Made by a program: the position numbers and the translations under genes. 64,000 nucleotides of DNA from Paecilomyces variotii. Lineage: Eukaryota. Position 1 is the stretch's first letter; every line of letters begins with the position of its first letter. The stretch lies in assembly GCA_004022145.1 (NCBI GenBank), contig RCNU01000007.1; one strand, written 5' to 3'. Under the pieces are notes generated by a model. The model was not told where the DNA came from, made no database searches, and was given only the letters and a program-made list of their open reading frames with translations. Positions 13,001 through 25,638 of this stretch are shown one piece after another.

Positions 13001-15615
13001 AACTCTAAATAAATAGCTAAATATATAATTACTCTTATAAAAAATACTAATTCTTTTAAAGATATTATCTATATATTAAATAGGGCTATAATTAATAGGC
13101 TTCTATATCTTAATAAAGGGAAAAGTTTTAAAAAGATCTTATAACTAGCTAATATTAATAACTTTCTTTCCTTTTAAAATCTTTATCTAATCTTATAAAT
13201 AGAGCTTTAAAGCTTATAAATAAAATATAATTTTTTTAACCTACTTATCTCTACTAAACTATAATCTTTACTATAAAAAATCTCTTTATCTTTAGAATTA
13301 TCTATAATAATTTTATTTCTAGCGCGTTTACTATAGTTATTAATATCTTTAATATATAAACTCTAAGTTAAAAGCAGTAATAGCTTCTTATTATCTTATA
13401 TAAATATAATTATACTTTATAGTATTATTATACCTTAAAAAATACTATTAATTTTATTTATTTTATTTAGAATTAGTAAAACTTTTAATTTACTAAAATT
13501 TTATAAATTACCGCCTATAAAATTCCTTAGCTAATTAAAACTAAGCTCTTCTTCTTTAATATTATATAAATATTAAAGTACTGCTATTATTACTATTATA
13601 ATAAAATAATTTATTATTAAATCTATAGATATTTTTAATAATCTTAATAATATAAATAAGATCTTTTTAAAAGTATCTTAAATATTTAAAATAAGATATA
13701 AGTATTAAGGTTTATTTAAGAGTATTTATTAAAAGATTAGTAAAAAGGTTAAAATCTTAAATATTAAGCTTATAAAACTTATAGAATAAATAAAAGCTGC
13801 CCTTATTATACTAAGCAAGTATATTTATTTTATATATATAAAACTCTTAGCTTTAAAAGCTAAAATATAAACCTATAGCCTAAATTATAACTAGCTTATT
13901 TATATATATATTAAAGATCTTTATAATTACTATTATTAATTTAGAAATTTTTATATTTTTTATTATTATTAGTTCTATTAGAACTTCTATTTTATTTAAC
14001 TTAAAGATACTTTAAGTATTTATTAATATACTTTAATATAAATAATAATATTAATTGCTTAAAAATATTAGAATTTAGATTAAGAGTTTTTAATAAATAT
14101 AATTAGTATCTTATTATATTTATAATAAAGAGAGTTAAAAGCTAGTTTTATAAAGTAAAAATAGGCGGTTTTTAATTTACTTATTATTCTAGAACTAATA
14201 TCTTAATAAAAGGAGATTTTAATAAGCTTTATATATACTAATTAGCTATTTATCTCTTTAATTATTTATAAAGAGTTTAATATATATATATTATTAATAT
14301 AAGGTAAATAGTTAAAATAATTTAAAATAGCTATAAGCTATATATTACTCTATTATATAATAAATTATATATTAAGACCCTGTTTATTATCTATAATATA
14401 TTATATACCGGCTAGATAAGAACTAGCATTTAATTACTTATCTTTACTATATAAAATATATAAGATTTAAAGATTTTACCTTCTTTTAATATATTAATAT
14501 AAATATTCTAGACTTAATTTAATATAATTATAGTTTTATAATAATCTAGAATAATATATCTCTTAATTATAAAGATATAAGAAACTATATATAAATATTC
14601 CTAGATATATACTAGAAACTTAGAGAATAATAGCCTTATATCTAAGAGTATAAACTAATATTAATTAACTTTATTTATTATATAAATAATTAGATATTTA
14701 TATACTAAGATATTTAAGACTTTAGCATAGATTAAACTAATAAAGTATATTATATATTTAATACCTATATTATATACTCTATACTATTATATAGATTAAC
14801 AGGACTTATTATATATATTAAGCATACTCTTTTCTTATAGTATATTAAGATTTAAAAGGATTATTAGACCCTTAATACTATAAAGGCTAAAATATAAAAA
14901 TAGCTATTTATAATATATTAAGATCTTATTCTTAAAACTACTTCTCTATTTAAGCTTATAAATTAATATATTATTATCTTATATATATTTCTAATAGCTA
15001 TTTTAATTATAGACTTAAAAAATATCTCTAATATATTTATAAAGAGAATTTAATAGACTAATCCTATAGTTTAAATAAAGCTTTTTACTATAATTAAAAG
15101 CTATAAAAAAGGCAGGAAGTATATCTATAACTAAAGATAATATACTTTTACTAAAGCCTTTAAGGCTATAAAGCTTATATAAGAAGTTAAAAAATATATT
15201 TTTAAAAAGAATTTATACTTCTACTATTAAAAGTATAATATTAATACTTTTATCTTAATATTTACTTCTATTTCTATATATTTAGTTAATAATATAATCT
15301 CTATAAGTTTAAGCCTAGAAAATAATTATTATTAAGAGATTTATATATACTTTTATAATTATCTTTCTTTTATCTTTTCTTTCTTATTATTAATACTAAT
15401 TTATAATATTTATTATATTCTTCTTTTTTTTTCTAATATTAGTAGGAGATATTAATATTAAGCTCTAGTTATATATTATAGGAAATCTATAATTATATTA
15501 TATAATAATATTATATAATTAGAGCTATAATTAGCCTATTCTCTTAACTATATTATATATCTAGATTAATATCTCTTTACTTCTTAGTATAATATATACT
15601 ATAATCTTATTTATA
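10008..15615. mobile_element. Unidentified, extremely RIP-degraded repeat relic (probably continues at 24697-~25150)
   Basis: Extreme AT and TpA richness, almost no CpA/TpG, no ORFs, and no protein motif I could reconstruct. Confidence 0.5.
11293..11415. repeat. Degenerate tandem repeat, ~22-bp unit, ~5.5 copies
   Basis: ttaagtaatagaatcttcttat / ctagataatagaatctttttac / ttaagtaagagaattttctta / ataagtaatagaattttcttat / ctaagtaatagaagtctcttac / ctaggtaataagag. Confidence 0.8.
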
Positions 15616-15779
15616 CAAGCCCTTAGGCCGCGCTACGCGCGTCCCAGTCTTGCTTACAGAACTAATTTCTTAAACTATTACAATAATTTACCTAATAGAA
15701 AGCTATATATAGACTTATAAAGCATTAATCATTAATAGATAGCAATAACAGTTGATAAAACTAACTAACCGGTTATTGC

Positions 15780-17211
15780 TACCTATAGTTATATTATCTA
15801 GAGTATTAATAAAATAAATAGAAAGAGCTATCTATAATATCTTCTTCATATTATATCTCTAGGTAAAACAGCTTCTATTCTAGACTATATATAGCGATCC
15901 TAGCTATAAACAGCGGCCTTATCCTTCGCTATATACTTCTTTATTGCTATTATTATTGTACTATCGCTAGTATTCTTATCTACCTTAGAGTTAGGTTTAG
16001 GTTTATATTAATATTTATATTAAGATTAATTTATAGATTTAGATTCTTTCTTAGATTTTTTACTAAACTCCTCCTTAAATTCCTCTTTAGACTTAGATGC
16101 TTGCAGGGTATCTTTTATAATCTTATCCTTATCCTTAGAGTCCTTATCTTCAGAGTCGCCATCAGTATTGGGGGTATTCGCGGGGTTCTTTAGCTTAAGT
16201 TTAGGCTTAGGCTTAGGTAGTTATTTAGGCTTTCTGGGGGGTTTCTTATTTTTAGGTCTAGTATCAATTAATACAGGAGTTAATTGGCTAAGATCGGTTA
16301 CTTTAATTGCTTTCTAAGAGCTAGAGGGGGTATTAGATAGGCTATTAATAGTAGTATTAAATAGATTAATTGGGCCTTTAGTAGTGCCTAACTACTATAA
16401 GCCCGGGGGGGCTAAATTTTAGGAACCTATTAGTTTCCCAGGAAAAATAATAGTTTACTTTAGCTTTATATATATAAATATAGTATTATACTAGCGCTTT
16501 GGGCAAGCGGGCGTTATAATAGATATCTACTCAACTATTATAAACTCTTTAAAGATTTAAAGGAAGAATAATAAGGCGATAGAGATATAGAGAGCCGCCT
16601 TATTTAAATATAGATAAAACCTAATAAACTCCCTATTAACCTCTATAATTCGCCCGATAATTAAGAGCTTTATATATACCTAGTGCTTATTTTAGGGAAT
16701 ATCGCAGCCGATATAGAAGGTGTTAATAACTATTTTATTATTTACTTTACTATTATATATAGTAATTTTAATAAAAAAGATTAGGTATTTTATATTGTTA
16801 CTAGGGGTAGAATTAGTAACCTAGCTAATTACCTGCCTACTAAATAATAGCATTAATAAGATTAAACAGGGGATATATCTGGTATACTTATCTATGCTAG
16901 GGTTGCCCTAGCATAGAATATATAAATAGGCTTTAATTATAATCTTAGGGGCATTTAGTAGGTCCTATTTAATAAACAAGACTCCTATATACTATAATAG
17001 TATTAGGTAAGAATTCCAATAGGAGATTATTATAATACTTAATTATTATATTAATGGTATCTATCGCGATTAGGTCCCTAAGGTAAATATACTCCTTTAT
17101 AACTATATAGGAGTTAAGGATTAACTGCGAGGCCTTTAGTATAGCTTATACTAAGTTTAGGATTATAATATCTATAATAATATAATAATTAGTATTAATA
17201 GGGGCAGACAT
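15780..17211 (-). pseudogene. Second Helitron-borne ORF relic (beta-strand-like N-terminal part plus acidic tail); possible OB-fold ssDNA-binding protein
   Basis: ATGTCTGCCCCT at 17211. The frame reads as protein after reversing RIP, with an E/D/P-rich tail at ~16030-16260. The function is inference. Confidence 0.5.
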
Positions 17212-17559
17212 AATAATAAAGTAACAGAGGGGAATTAAATTAAATATTATTAAATATAAATAAATAACTATAATCTTAGGGGAAATAATATATAATAAGC
17301 AGATTAACTCGCGGGTAAAATATCTTTTATATATAGAAATCAATAGTATAATCTTAGGGAGGTAATCCTAATCCTCCGGGTATACCTCTAATCTTAACAG
17401 CATAATCTTAGGTCCTGAAAATTTCTATATTATCAGAATTAGTAAAGTTTAATTCTGTTAAATCTAATAATATAGTTCTTAACAGTTAAAATAAATCTAG
17501 GGCTAAGGCCAATATTAGTAAAGTAGGTAAAGCGGGCAGATTAGGGGGTATAACAGGGA

Positions 17560-20500
17560 ACTATTAAAGAACTTCCGGGTAAACCTTATTAATAGTTAAT
17601 TAGGCTTTATTATCTAGGGAAAAAAGAATTAATAGATTCTGGGCCTAGGTTATTTATAATATAATAATATAAAACTAACTATAGGTAAAGATAGGGGTTT
17701 ATAGGTCTATCTTAATATGCTCTAAAAACTATTCTTAAGACTTATTAATAATTATAGTAAAGGCTAGCCAGATAAGAAACTAAAGGTAACATAATATAAA
17801 GTAGAACTTATCAGGGGCTATTATTAGCTTAATACAAAAAATAAAGCAAGTCTCCCTATTAAAATTACTACTGTTAAGGCGAATTTTTAGGTAGTAGATA
17901 GTTGTATATAATAGGGTTAGCCAGGTATTATTATAAAGTCCTTTTAGGGGATCTATATTATATATTAAGATAAGAGGAACCCCTATCTTTACCTATAGCT
18001 TAGCTAAAGAAATCTTAGCTAAGGTAATACTGCGGAGAGTTTTAACGCTAATCTCCTTATATAATAAATTATTATTAAGATCGCAAGTATCTATTAAATA
18101 TAATATAATAATATCCCTAGGGAATTAGGCCAGCAGATAAGTATTAATAGATTTAACATCTATATTTCAGGGAGTTAAAATAATATAGCCACAGAAGAAT
18201 CCTAGATTCTAAGGGATAGTCTATAAGTTATAAGATAGATAGATATAATTAACAAACTCATCTATATCAATAATCCGGTAAATAAAGAATAACACTAAGA
18301 TATTACCTATTAACTTAGGCTTATAGCTAAATTACAATAGCCAGTAAATCAATTAATAATTCTCCCAATTTATTATCCTTAACTATATATTCTCTATAAG
18401 CAGTAACACCTACAACTAATTAAAAATATAGGTATACTAAAAACAGGCTCTTATAATCTATACCCAATTACTACAGGAGATAATAGGTAGAATTTATTAA
18501 AAATCTCCTCCCAGAACAGTTGGAATACTATTAAAAAACTTATTATATCTAGACAAATTATAGCAGAAGTCCTGCAGAGTATAATCTATAGCATTATATA
18601 TATAATAATATATTATTATTATCTTATCCCAGATAATTAAAGAGGTTACCCAGATAAGGTCTATTAAATATAAGCCACAGCTAATATAGCAGATTAACTC
18701 CTCCTCAATATTAATTAAAATATAAAATTATTTATAAGCAGTATAACCCCCGGGGAGAAATAAGGCAATAATCCCCGTTAAGGCAATATAAAGAACAATC
18801 TTACCCTAGGACCAGAGGTGGCTATACAGCACAATATAGAGAAAGGTCTTTCTCATACCCCCAGGCCTATAAAAGAAAAAATAAGCATCTATTGGGGTAT
18901 TTGTTATAGCTTCAATAATTATATTAAAAGCCTAATACTAGTTGTAATTTAACCGCGGGATAAGATCCTCCGCTTATTAAATAAGCTCAACACAATTATA
19001 GCTTATCTCTTATAAGATTTCTAGGTTTAAGGCAGCCCTATACTAATTATTTAAATAAGGAGGGAGCCAATAGTCTTCTAAAGTCTTCTCTTTTATTAAA
19101 AAATTAATAGCAATAAAAAAAAGGCTATAATTATAATAGGGAATATAATTAAGGGTAAGATTATATTATAATTAATTATGCCAAATATAATACTCTAGGT
19201 TATTATAGATATTGTCCTTATATTTCTCCTAGAGCCTGTTAGTATCTAAAAGGTCCCTAAAGATTATTACTATAAAGAGCAACTAGCAGAGCTAATAACT
19301 AGTCTCTATATAACAGGCTTTTTTAAAGCATAGCTCCTATTTATCTTTACCTTATAGAATCCTATAAGTATAGCAGGCCTCGTAAAATATTAGATAGATA
19401 TAACTATCTACAATCCGGATATTCTTAAAGCTTATAGGCTTACAGACTATTATAAGCAAATAGTAAAAGAAATAGACTTTCTTATAAAATAATAATACCT
19501 GCTTTACCCGACCGATTTAAAGGGCCTTTATCTAATAATATGCCTATTTCTTTTCTTTCTATTTCTAGGTAAAATAGTGAAAGAAATTATAAAATAATAA
19601 TAGCCCAGAGTCTTTTATATTGGCTTCGCGCAGTAATAATAATAAAAGCCTACCTACTCTCTTATCAGTATTATACTAAAAAAAGGCTAATAACTTTAAT
19701 AATGCCTACTCTAAATAATTGGCAAGCTCTTTAATAGACGCCTCTATATTATAGGTAATAGAGTAGTCCTCTAGCAGGTAAACATAGAGGGTATAGATAC
19801 TGGGACTAATCCTATAAATAGGGAATTTAAAGAGATATTAAATTACTTCTAATACCCTAATATAATAGCTATTAATATAATTACAAATCTTATTAATACC
19901 TATATTTAGCTCTATAATTGCACGGTCGGGTCCCTTATAGATATACTTATACAGGTATTTAATTATCTTAATACTGCTGCATACCTCTATATTAATATAG
20001 CCTTTATATCACTATATTAGGTAAGGGTTATAAGGGATAACTTATTCATTCCTAATCTTTAAAAAGCTATTTGCTTTAGTTAGGTCCTAGATCTAAATCT
20101 AGGTCTCCCTTTATTAGCAATACTTGGGGTAAGAGTTTTTAGTTAAAATAGTCTCCTCGCAAAAGGGCTTAAGGAAGTCCTTTAAGCATCTTAGCACCCT
20201 ATTAATCTCCTTTATATAAGGGGCCTTAAGATTATAATAACCGCACAGTTAGTAAATTAAGTTAGTAGTAATAATATTATAAAGCTTAAGATTCTGCTAT
20301 TTCTAGAGTTTTAGCTATTTAGGGGTTATCTAGCTATTAATAATAGGCCTGGGCTTATTAACAGTAGGGATCTCTATATAAACAATCTTATTAACATATT
20401 CAATAATAAGTATTTTAAAGCCGCCTTTAACCCAAAAAAAAAATAGGCATAAAGGAGACCGCGTTTCTAATATTTAACCACCCAGACATTAGCAATATAT

Positions 20501-22500
20501 TCTCTAAAGATTAAATCCTTATATAGCTTAGATATAAGTTCTAGCAGCTTAATATAGAACACACAAGCTACTAAATTAGGGCAATCCTCCTAAGACTAGA
20601 TAAAAACACTAGTCACATCCTTAATAAGTTCAGCCTAAATCTTATCCTAATATGGGTTTGCTATAAAAATAATAAAAAGGTAAAGCTTCCTAAATTTATA
20701 GATAATAGCTATAAAGTCCTAATAGCGTTATTATATAAAGCGATTACTACCTATAAAGCCTAATAAAAGAATATATAATTTATTTATATTAACAGGATCG
20801 GTGCTAATAGTAGTAGTAAGGGCCGTTCTAATAATATTATATCTCTTAGCCTAGAGCTTTTTTTAGTTCTATTTAAACTAATCCAATTTATACTGCTCTA
20901 TAGATAACTATAGATTTATAATAAATTATTAATAAAGATAGCCAACATATTATACTATATTAAAGTTATTTAGGTATTAAAATAGAAGCTAGCAATAATA
21001 AATAAGCAATATAATTCGCATTTATTAACGCTCTTAGCTGCTATAAATAAGACTTAACAGCTAAAGCTACTAATACTAACCTCTTCTATCTTAAAAAAAA
21101 AAAAGAATATATTAGAGGGGAATATATAGCGGGTATAAATAATAGATTAATATAAGATATTATCCTAAATTAACTTACTAAGTAATTAAGAAGCTTTAAA
21201 AAGCTAATATAACCTCCTCAGTTTTATCTTTATATTAATCTTAGTATTATAGCTATAGGTTATATTTAAAAATAACCTAAGGCATATTATTATTGTCTCT
21301 GGGGTAGGCATTATTATCTATTATATTATTACTATTAGGGATAGTATCTATATCTTCTTCAGACTAATTAGATATTAAACATTATATAAAAGGGGACTCA
21401 GTAAGATAAAGGCAGATATTATAAAAATTTACCCAACTATACTCCTCTGTAATATCTAAAATAAAGCCTGCCAGTTCTATTACTAAAATTGCTAAATTAT
21501 AAAAATGCCTACTACTTTTATTAAGAATCAAATATAATTACAGGATAAAATATAGGCACTATAATCTATAATTAGTATAATATTTAAAGATATTGCGAGC
21601 GTAATAAAAGACCCTCTAGAATAGATTAACTCTATACAGTAATATATTTAATTGCTATATAATCTCAGCATATATCTAAGATACTAAGCTATATTCTTGC
21701 TGTACCCGATCTGCCTCCTAGGGATTAAGAAAATAAAACTATATAAAAGAGGGTATTGCTCTATTCAAGGGGCTAATTCAGTAATAAAGTGCTCTCTATA
21801 ATTAAAAGACCTACTAATATTACTAGAGGGCCAGATATTAATTATTTATATAGGCTATAAAAGTAAATACTAATAATATATTAATTGACCAGATATTTTT
21901 GTAAAAGAAAATCGACTCTATATTATTATTATTAAAGTATTCTTTTAGCAATAATAGCAGCTCCTGCATTAGTTCTATATTAAGGCTAAGCTTAATATTA
22001 CTACTCTTATAATAGTAGTTAAAAGTATTATTACTAGCAATAATCTTACAGCTCTAGAATAAAGCATAGCAATATTTATATTAAATATCTATATAGCTAA
22101 AGAATAACTATCGCTACTCTACTACTAATAAATAAAAGGCCCTAGAGATAATTTTAATAACTTATAGTCTAACTCTAATTATCTCTGCAGGAGGTCTACT
22201 TTAGGATACTTAAAGATAATTATTATAGATATTACAGGCAGTATTCCCTATAAGACAGTTCTGATATTAGGGGTTTATATAATATAGAGAGCAATATATA
22301 GGCTGCATAGCCTCTAAAGTAAAAAGAAAAAACTATTTATAATTACTACTAGATTTACAACTAGAGGATTAAGATTAAGACCTCCCCAGCTAGGTTTGCT
22401 AATATATTTGCATACAAAGATAAAGTCGCGTATAGCATAAACTCTATAAGGGCATATAGGATAGGTCGGAGGTTATTAAAATAGCCTAAAAAAAGGACCT
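17560..22500 (-). pseudogene. Helitron Rep-PIF1 helicase (RepHel) pseudogene; boundaries approximate
   Basis: Motifs after reversing RIP: FQLQGALYHRIGPL ~21770-21810; Rep LFITFTANPHW ~20641-20680; VVEYQKRGLPHA ~20445-20482; KYLYKYIYKGPDRA ~19921-19965; Walker A GPGGTGKTF ~18842-18870; AFAMTINKSQGQSL..VGIDLRTPVFTHGQFYVAMSR ~17655-17765. Confidence 0.92.
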
Positions 22501-24371
22501 ACTAAAGGAGAATCTATTAAGAGACTTAGCTAATCTAGAGGAAGATATGCTTTATAATAATAACTTAATTATAGTATAATTTATAAAGAGATCTGCAAAT
22601 AATAATAAGAGTAATAGAGATAACTATCTTATTAATATTATAGAAAGTACTAATAATAGCATATAAGGTAATAATATAGATAAAATCTAGCAGTAAGACT
22701 AACTGCTAGAGGTAAGAAATATAGATTAAGCCCCTATTCTTATAAGAGTAGCTACTTATACTTAAGTTACTATTAAACTTAGTAATAAGCGCTACTATTA
22801 TATACACTTATAATACTAGAATTATTTAAGACTTACATATATATTATAACTGTATTATAAATAGTGCCTATAATTATTAATCTATATAAATGCCCCTTTT
22901 ACAAGCTATTATTAGCAGCTATTATATTTTATATTAGAAGATATATAACTGCTATATTAAACATAATATAAGGATATAATCTAGGCAGATATAATAAATA
23001 GTTAGTATATAGGCTTATATAAACACCCTATTATATATAACCGGGCCTTAAATATATATCTAATACAGCCCCTTTTAGCAGATAAATAATACAGATTATA
23101 TAGATTATATAAATTATACCAATATATAGTACCGCTAAAAACTATTAAGTATAGCTTAAATAATCTTAAAAGCGTAAGCCTTATATTAGTATTAAGACAG
23201 CTAGGATAATAACATATTAAAAAATTAAGATAAAATATAATAGAAAAGTAAGGCAAGGTATAGCAATCTGTCTTAGGGTTAACACCTGAAAATAAGATAA
23301 AACAAAGTAATCCTAAGGACTAGAACTAATCTTATAAGGGATATCCTATCTATTATCTAGAAAAAATTATATAAGCATTATAAAATCTTATCTTAATATC
23401 TTGCTAATATACCTTATTACTCTAAAGTTTATTATATAACTAGAACCGACCAACCCGCTATAAAAGACATAGTCTTAGTCCCTAACACCTTTAATGCTCC
23501 CAACCCAACTTTAAATATATCTTTTTCTAATAAAGTAACTAGGTAAAGATAATTATGCTAACGGCCTATATAATAATTAAAAGCATTATCTTATTAATCG
23601 GGTGCGTAACCCCAATTAGGTCCTATTAGGGGTTATATACAGAAATACAAAAACTAATATAGTAAATATCCCCTTCCCTAGATATAGTTAACCTCTTACT
23701 AACTAATATAGCTTATTAATAGCCTAGACATACCTTACCTCCTACTAAACTAAGTGAACTAAATAAATTAAGTAAGATTAAAGACTTAAAGTATAAAGAT
23801 AATAAAAGATCGCAGGTAGAAGAATCCTAAATATTATTAAATATATCTTATTTTAATAACTATAGTTATAATAAGTTATTTAATAATAATAATAGTAATA
23901 ATAATAGCACCTACTATATACTAATACTAAGTATTAATATTAAGCCTATTATTAAAGATATAATAATTTATACCTAAATTAATAATTATAGAATAATAGT
24001 ATTTTCAGACAGTAATAATCTTCCTAAAATATTAAATATATTACAGCGCAATAGCTATTAGAGCGCTACTAAGATATGCTAATAATAGCGCTATCAGCTC
24101 TAAGAGTATCCTATATCTCTAATTTCATTTCTTAGCCAATTAATACTTTATAATTAATTAGAACTTAGGAATTAATTAGTATAAGGGGTCTAATATAAGC
24201 GTTAATATTACACAATAATTTAGTATTACACTGCAATATATATATTTTAAAATAGTAAATATAGTAGCAATAATACTAACTATAAAAAGATTTTAATATT
24301 TGCATATATAATAGATATATATAACTATACTAGCTTAATATAGACCTTAAGCTAATAAAAGAAGCCAGAGG

Positions 24372-24668
24372 TTAGCAGGTTTAAAGCATTTTAATATTCA
24401 CATATATAGTTATTATGCGTAATTATACTAGCTTAGCATAACTAATTAAAAGACCTAAAAATTAGCGGGTCCAAAAAGTTTTAATATTCTTATAAATAGT
24501 TATTATGCATAATTATACTAACTTAGCATTTTCTCTCAGCTAATAAAAGGCCCTAAATCCTTACAGGCTTCTACACAGTTAATTATATTACATAAATATA
24601 GAGCTTATCTGAGCAGATCTAATTGGCCTGAGAGACCTAAGGGGATCTAATTAGCCTAAGGGACTTAA
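24372..24668. repeat. Helitron 5' subterminal direct repeats (68-bp unit at 24372 and 24462; 25-bp unit at 24616 and 24644)
   Basis: ttagc(a/g)ggt...ttaatattc...tagttattatgc(g/a)taattatacta(g/a)cttagcat occurs twice. gatctaatt(g/a)gcct(g/a)ag(a/g)gac(c/t)taa occurs twice. Confidence 0.8.
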
Positions 24669-25638
24669 CGCTAAAGTTTTGTATCATTTACTTAGATAAT
24701 ACTAGATTATTCTATAATACTTCTATTCTCTATACTTAGTTATACCTTATAGTTTAAGTTCTTATATAGCTTCTTATATTATTTTCCTTATTAATACCTT
24801 TTCTATATTAATATTTACTTAATTTTAATATAAATTTAATAGTTATTTATATAGTCTTATAAAGTAATATAATAATAATTTATAACTAAGCTATTTTATT
24901 AATAATTAAACTTTACTAATAAAATTAATAATATTTAATATAAAATATATTAATTATAATTTTATCGCCTTATAAGATAAAATTTACTTATATTTATTAC
25001 TTTACTAGATTTAAAAAGTTTAATTTTTAATTCTTATTAGTATATAACTATATAATTTTAATAGTTATAAAATAGTAAACTATTTATAACCTATTAGTAA
25101 TAAAAACCTCGCTATTTCGCGAGACGCTATCTCGCGATCTCGCGACTAAACCAGCGAATAGAGCGCTTAGCAGAAGCTAGCGAAGGGGGTATTTAACGGT
25201 ATTCTTATTACTCGGAAAAACTTCTCTACTTATACTAAGCTTTTTTTTTTACTTGCGCTAATCTATAACCTGTATAGAGCCGTCGTAGGATTTTACGGTA
25301 AAACTATTGTTAAAGGCATAACTACAGGTATAACAATTTATCCGCCTGGGAGAGGTTCTGCTTATTCTAGGTAAGCTAGTGTGCGTAAAACTACAGTCGA
25401 CTACAGCGACACGGTTCAATTATCCCGTATCTGCCGTTTAGCCAGTGTCTATAACTCTATTTCGCCGGCACTTAGTATCTTAACCTAGTTTATTGTCTTA
25501 AGGTGCAATATCCGGGAAGCTCATTAATTCTACCTCAAGCGAGAATAAGTTAACTATATAGCGCTGTATTACCTACAAGAAAATAGTATTTTGATTGCAT
25601 AGAGCGATTTCAATTTACCCTATATCTACTTGATTACA

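Larger units (their letters stand above)
15616..24696 (-). mobile_element. Helitron (rolling-circle transposon), RIP-inactivated, apparently complete
   Basis: On the minus strand it starts TC (TCTAAGTAAATG, 24696) and ends CTTG (15619-15616). A GC hairpin GG.CGCGC-GTA-GCGCG.CC lies at 15626-15644. It sits between host A and T with no TSD and contains Rep and PIF1 motifs. The 5' end is less certain than the 3' end. Confidence 0.85.

Noticed and set aside
1119-23256. Short ORFs in the AT-rich island (1119-1304, 17146-17343, 23002-23256)
   Set aside because: I/L/Y/F/N-rich chance frames in RIP-mutated transposon DNA. They are not functional genes, although 17146-17343 overlaps the start of the Helitron second-ORF relic.
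1-25100. Organellar insertion or AT-rich contaminant
   Set aside because: LTR/TSD structure, transposon motifs restored by C>T/G>A reversal, and the gradual junction with intron-containing genes all fit RIP.
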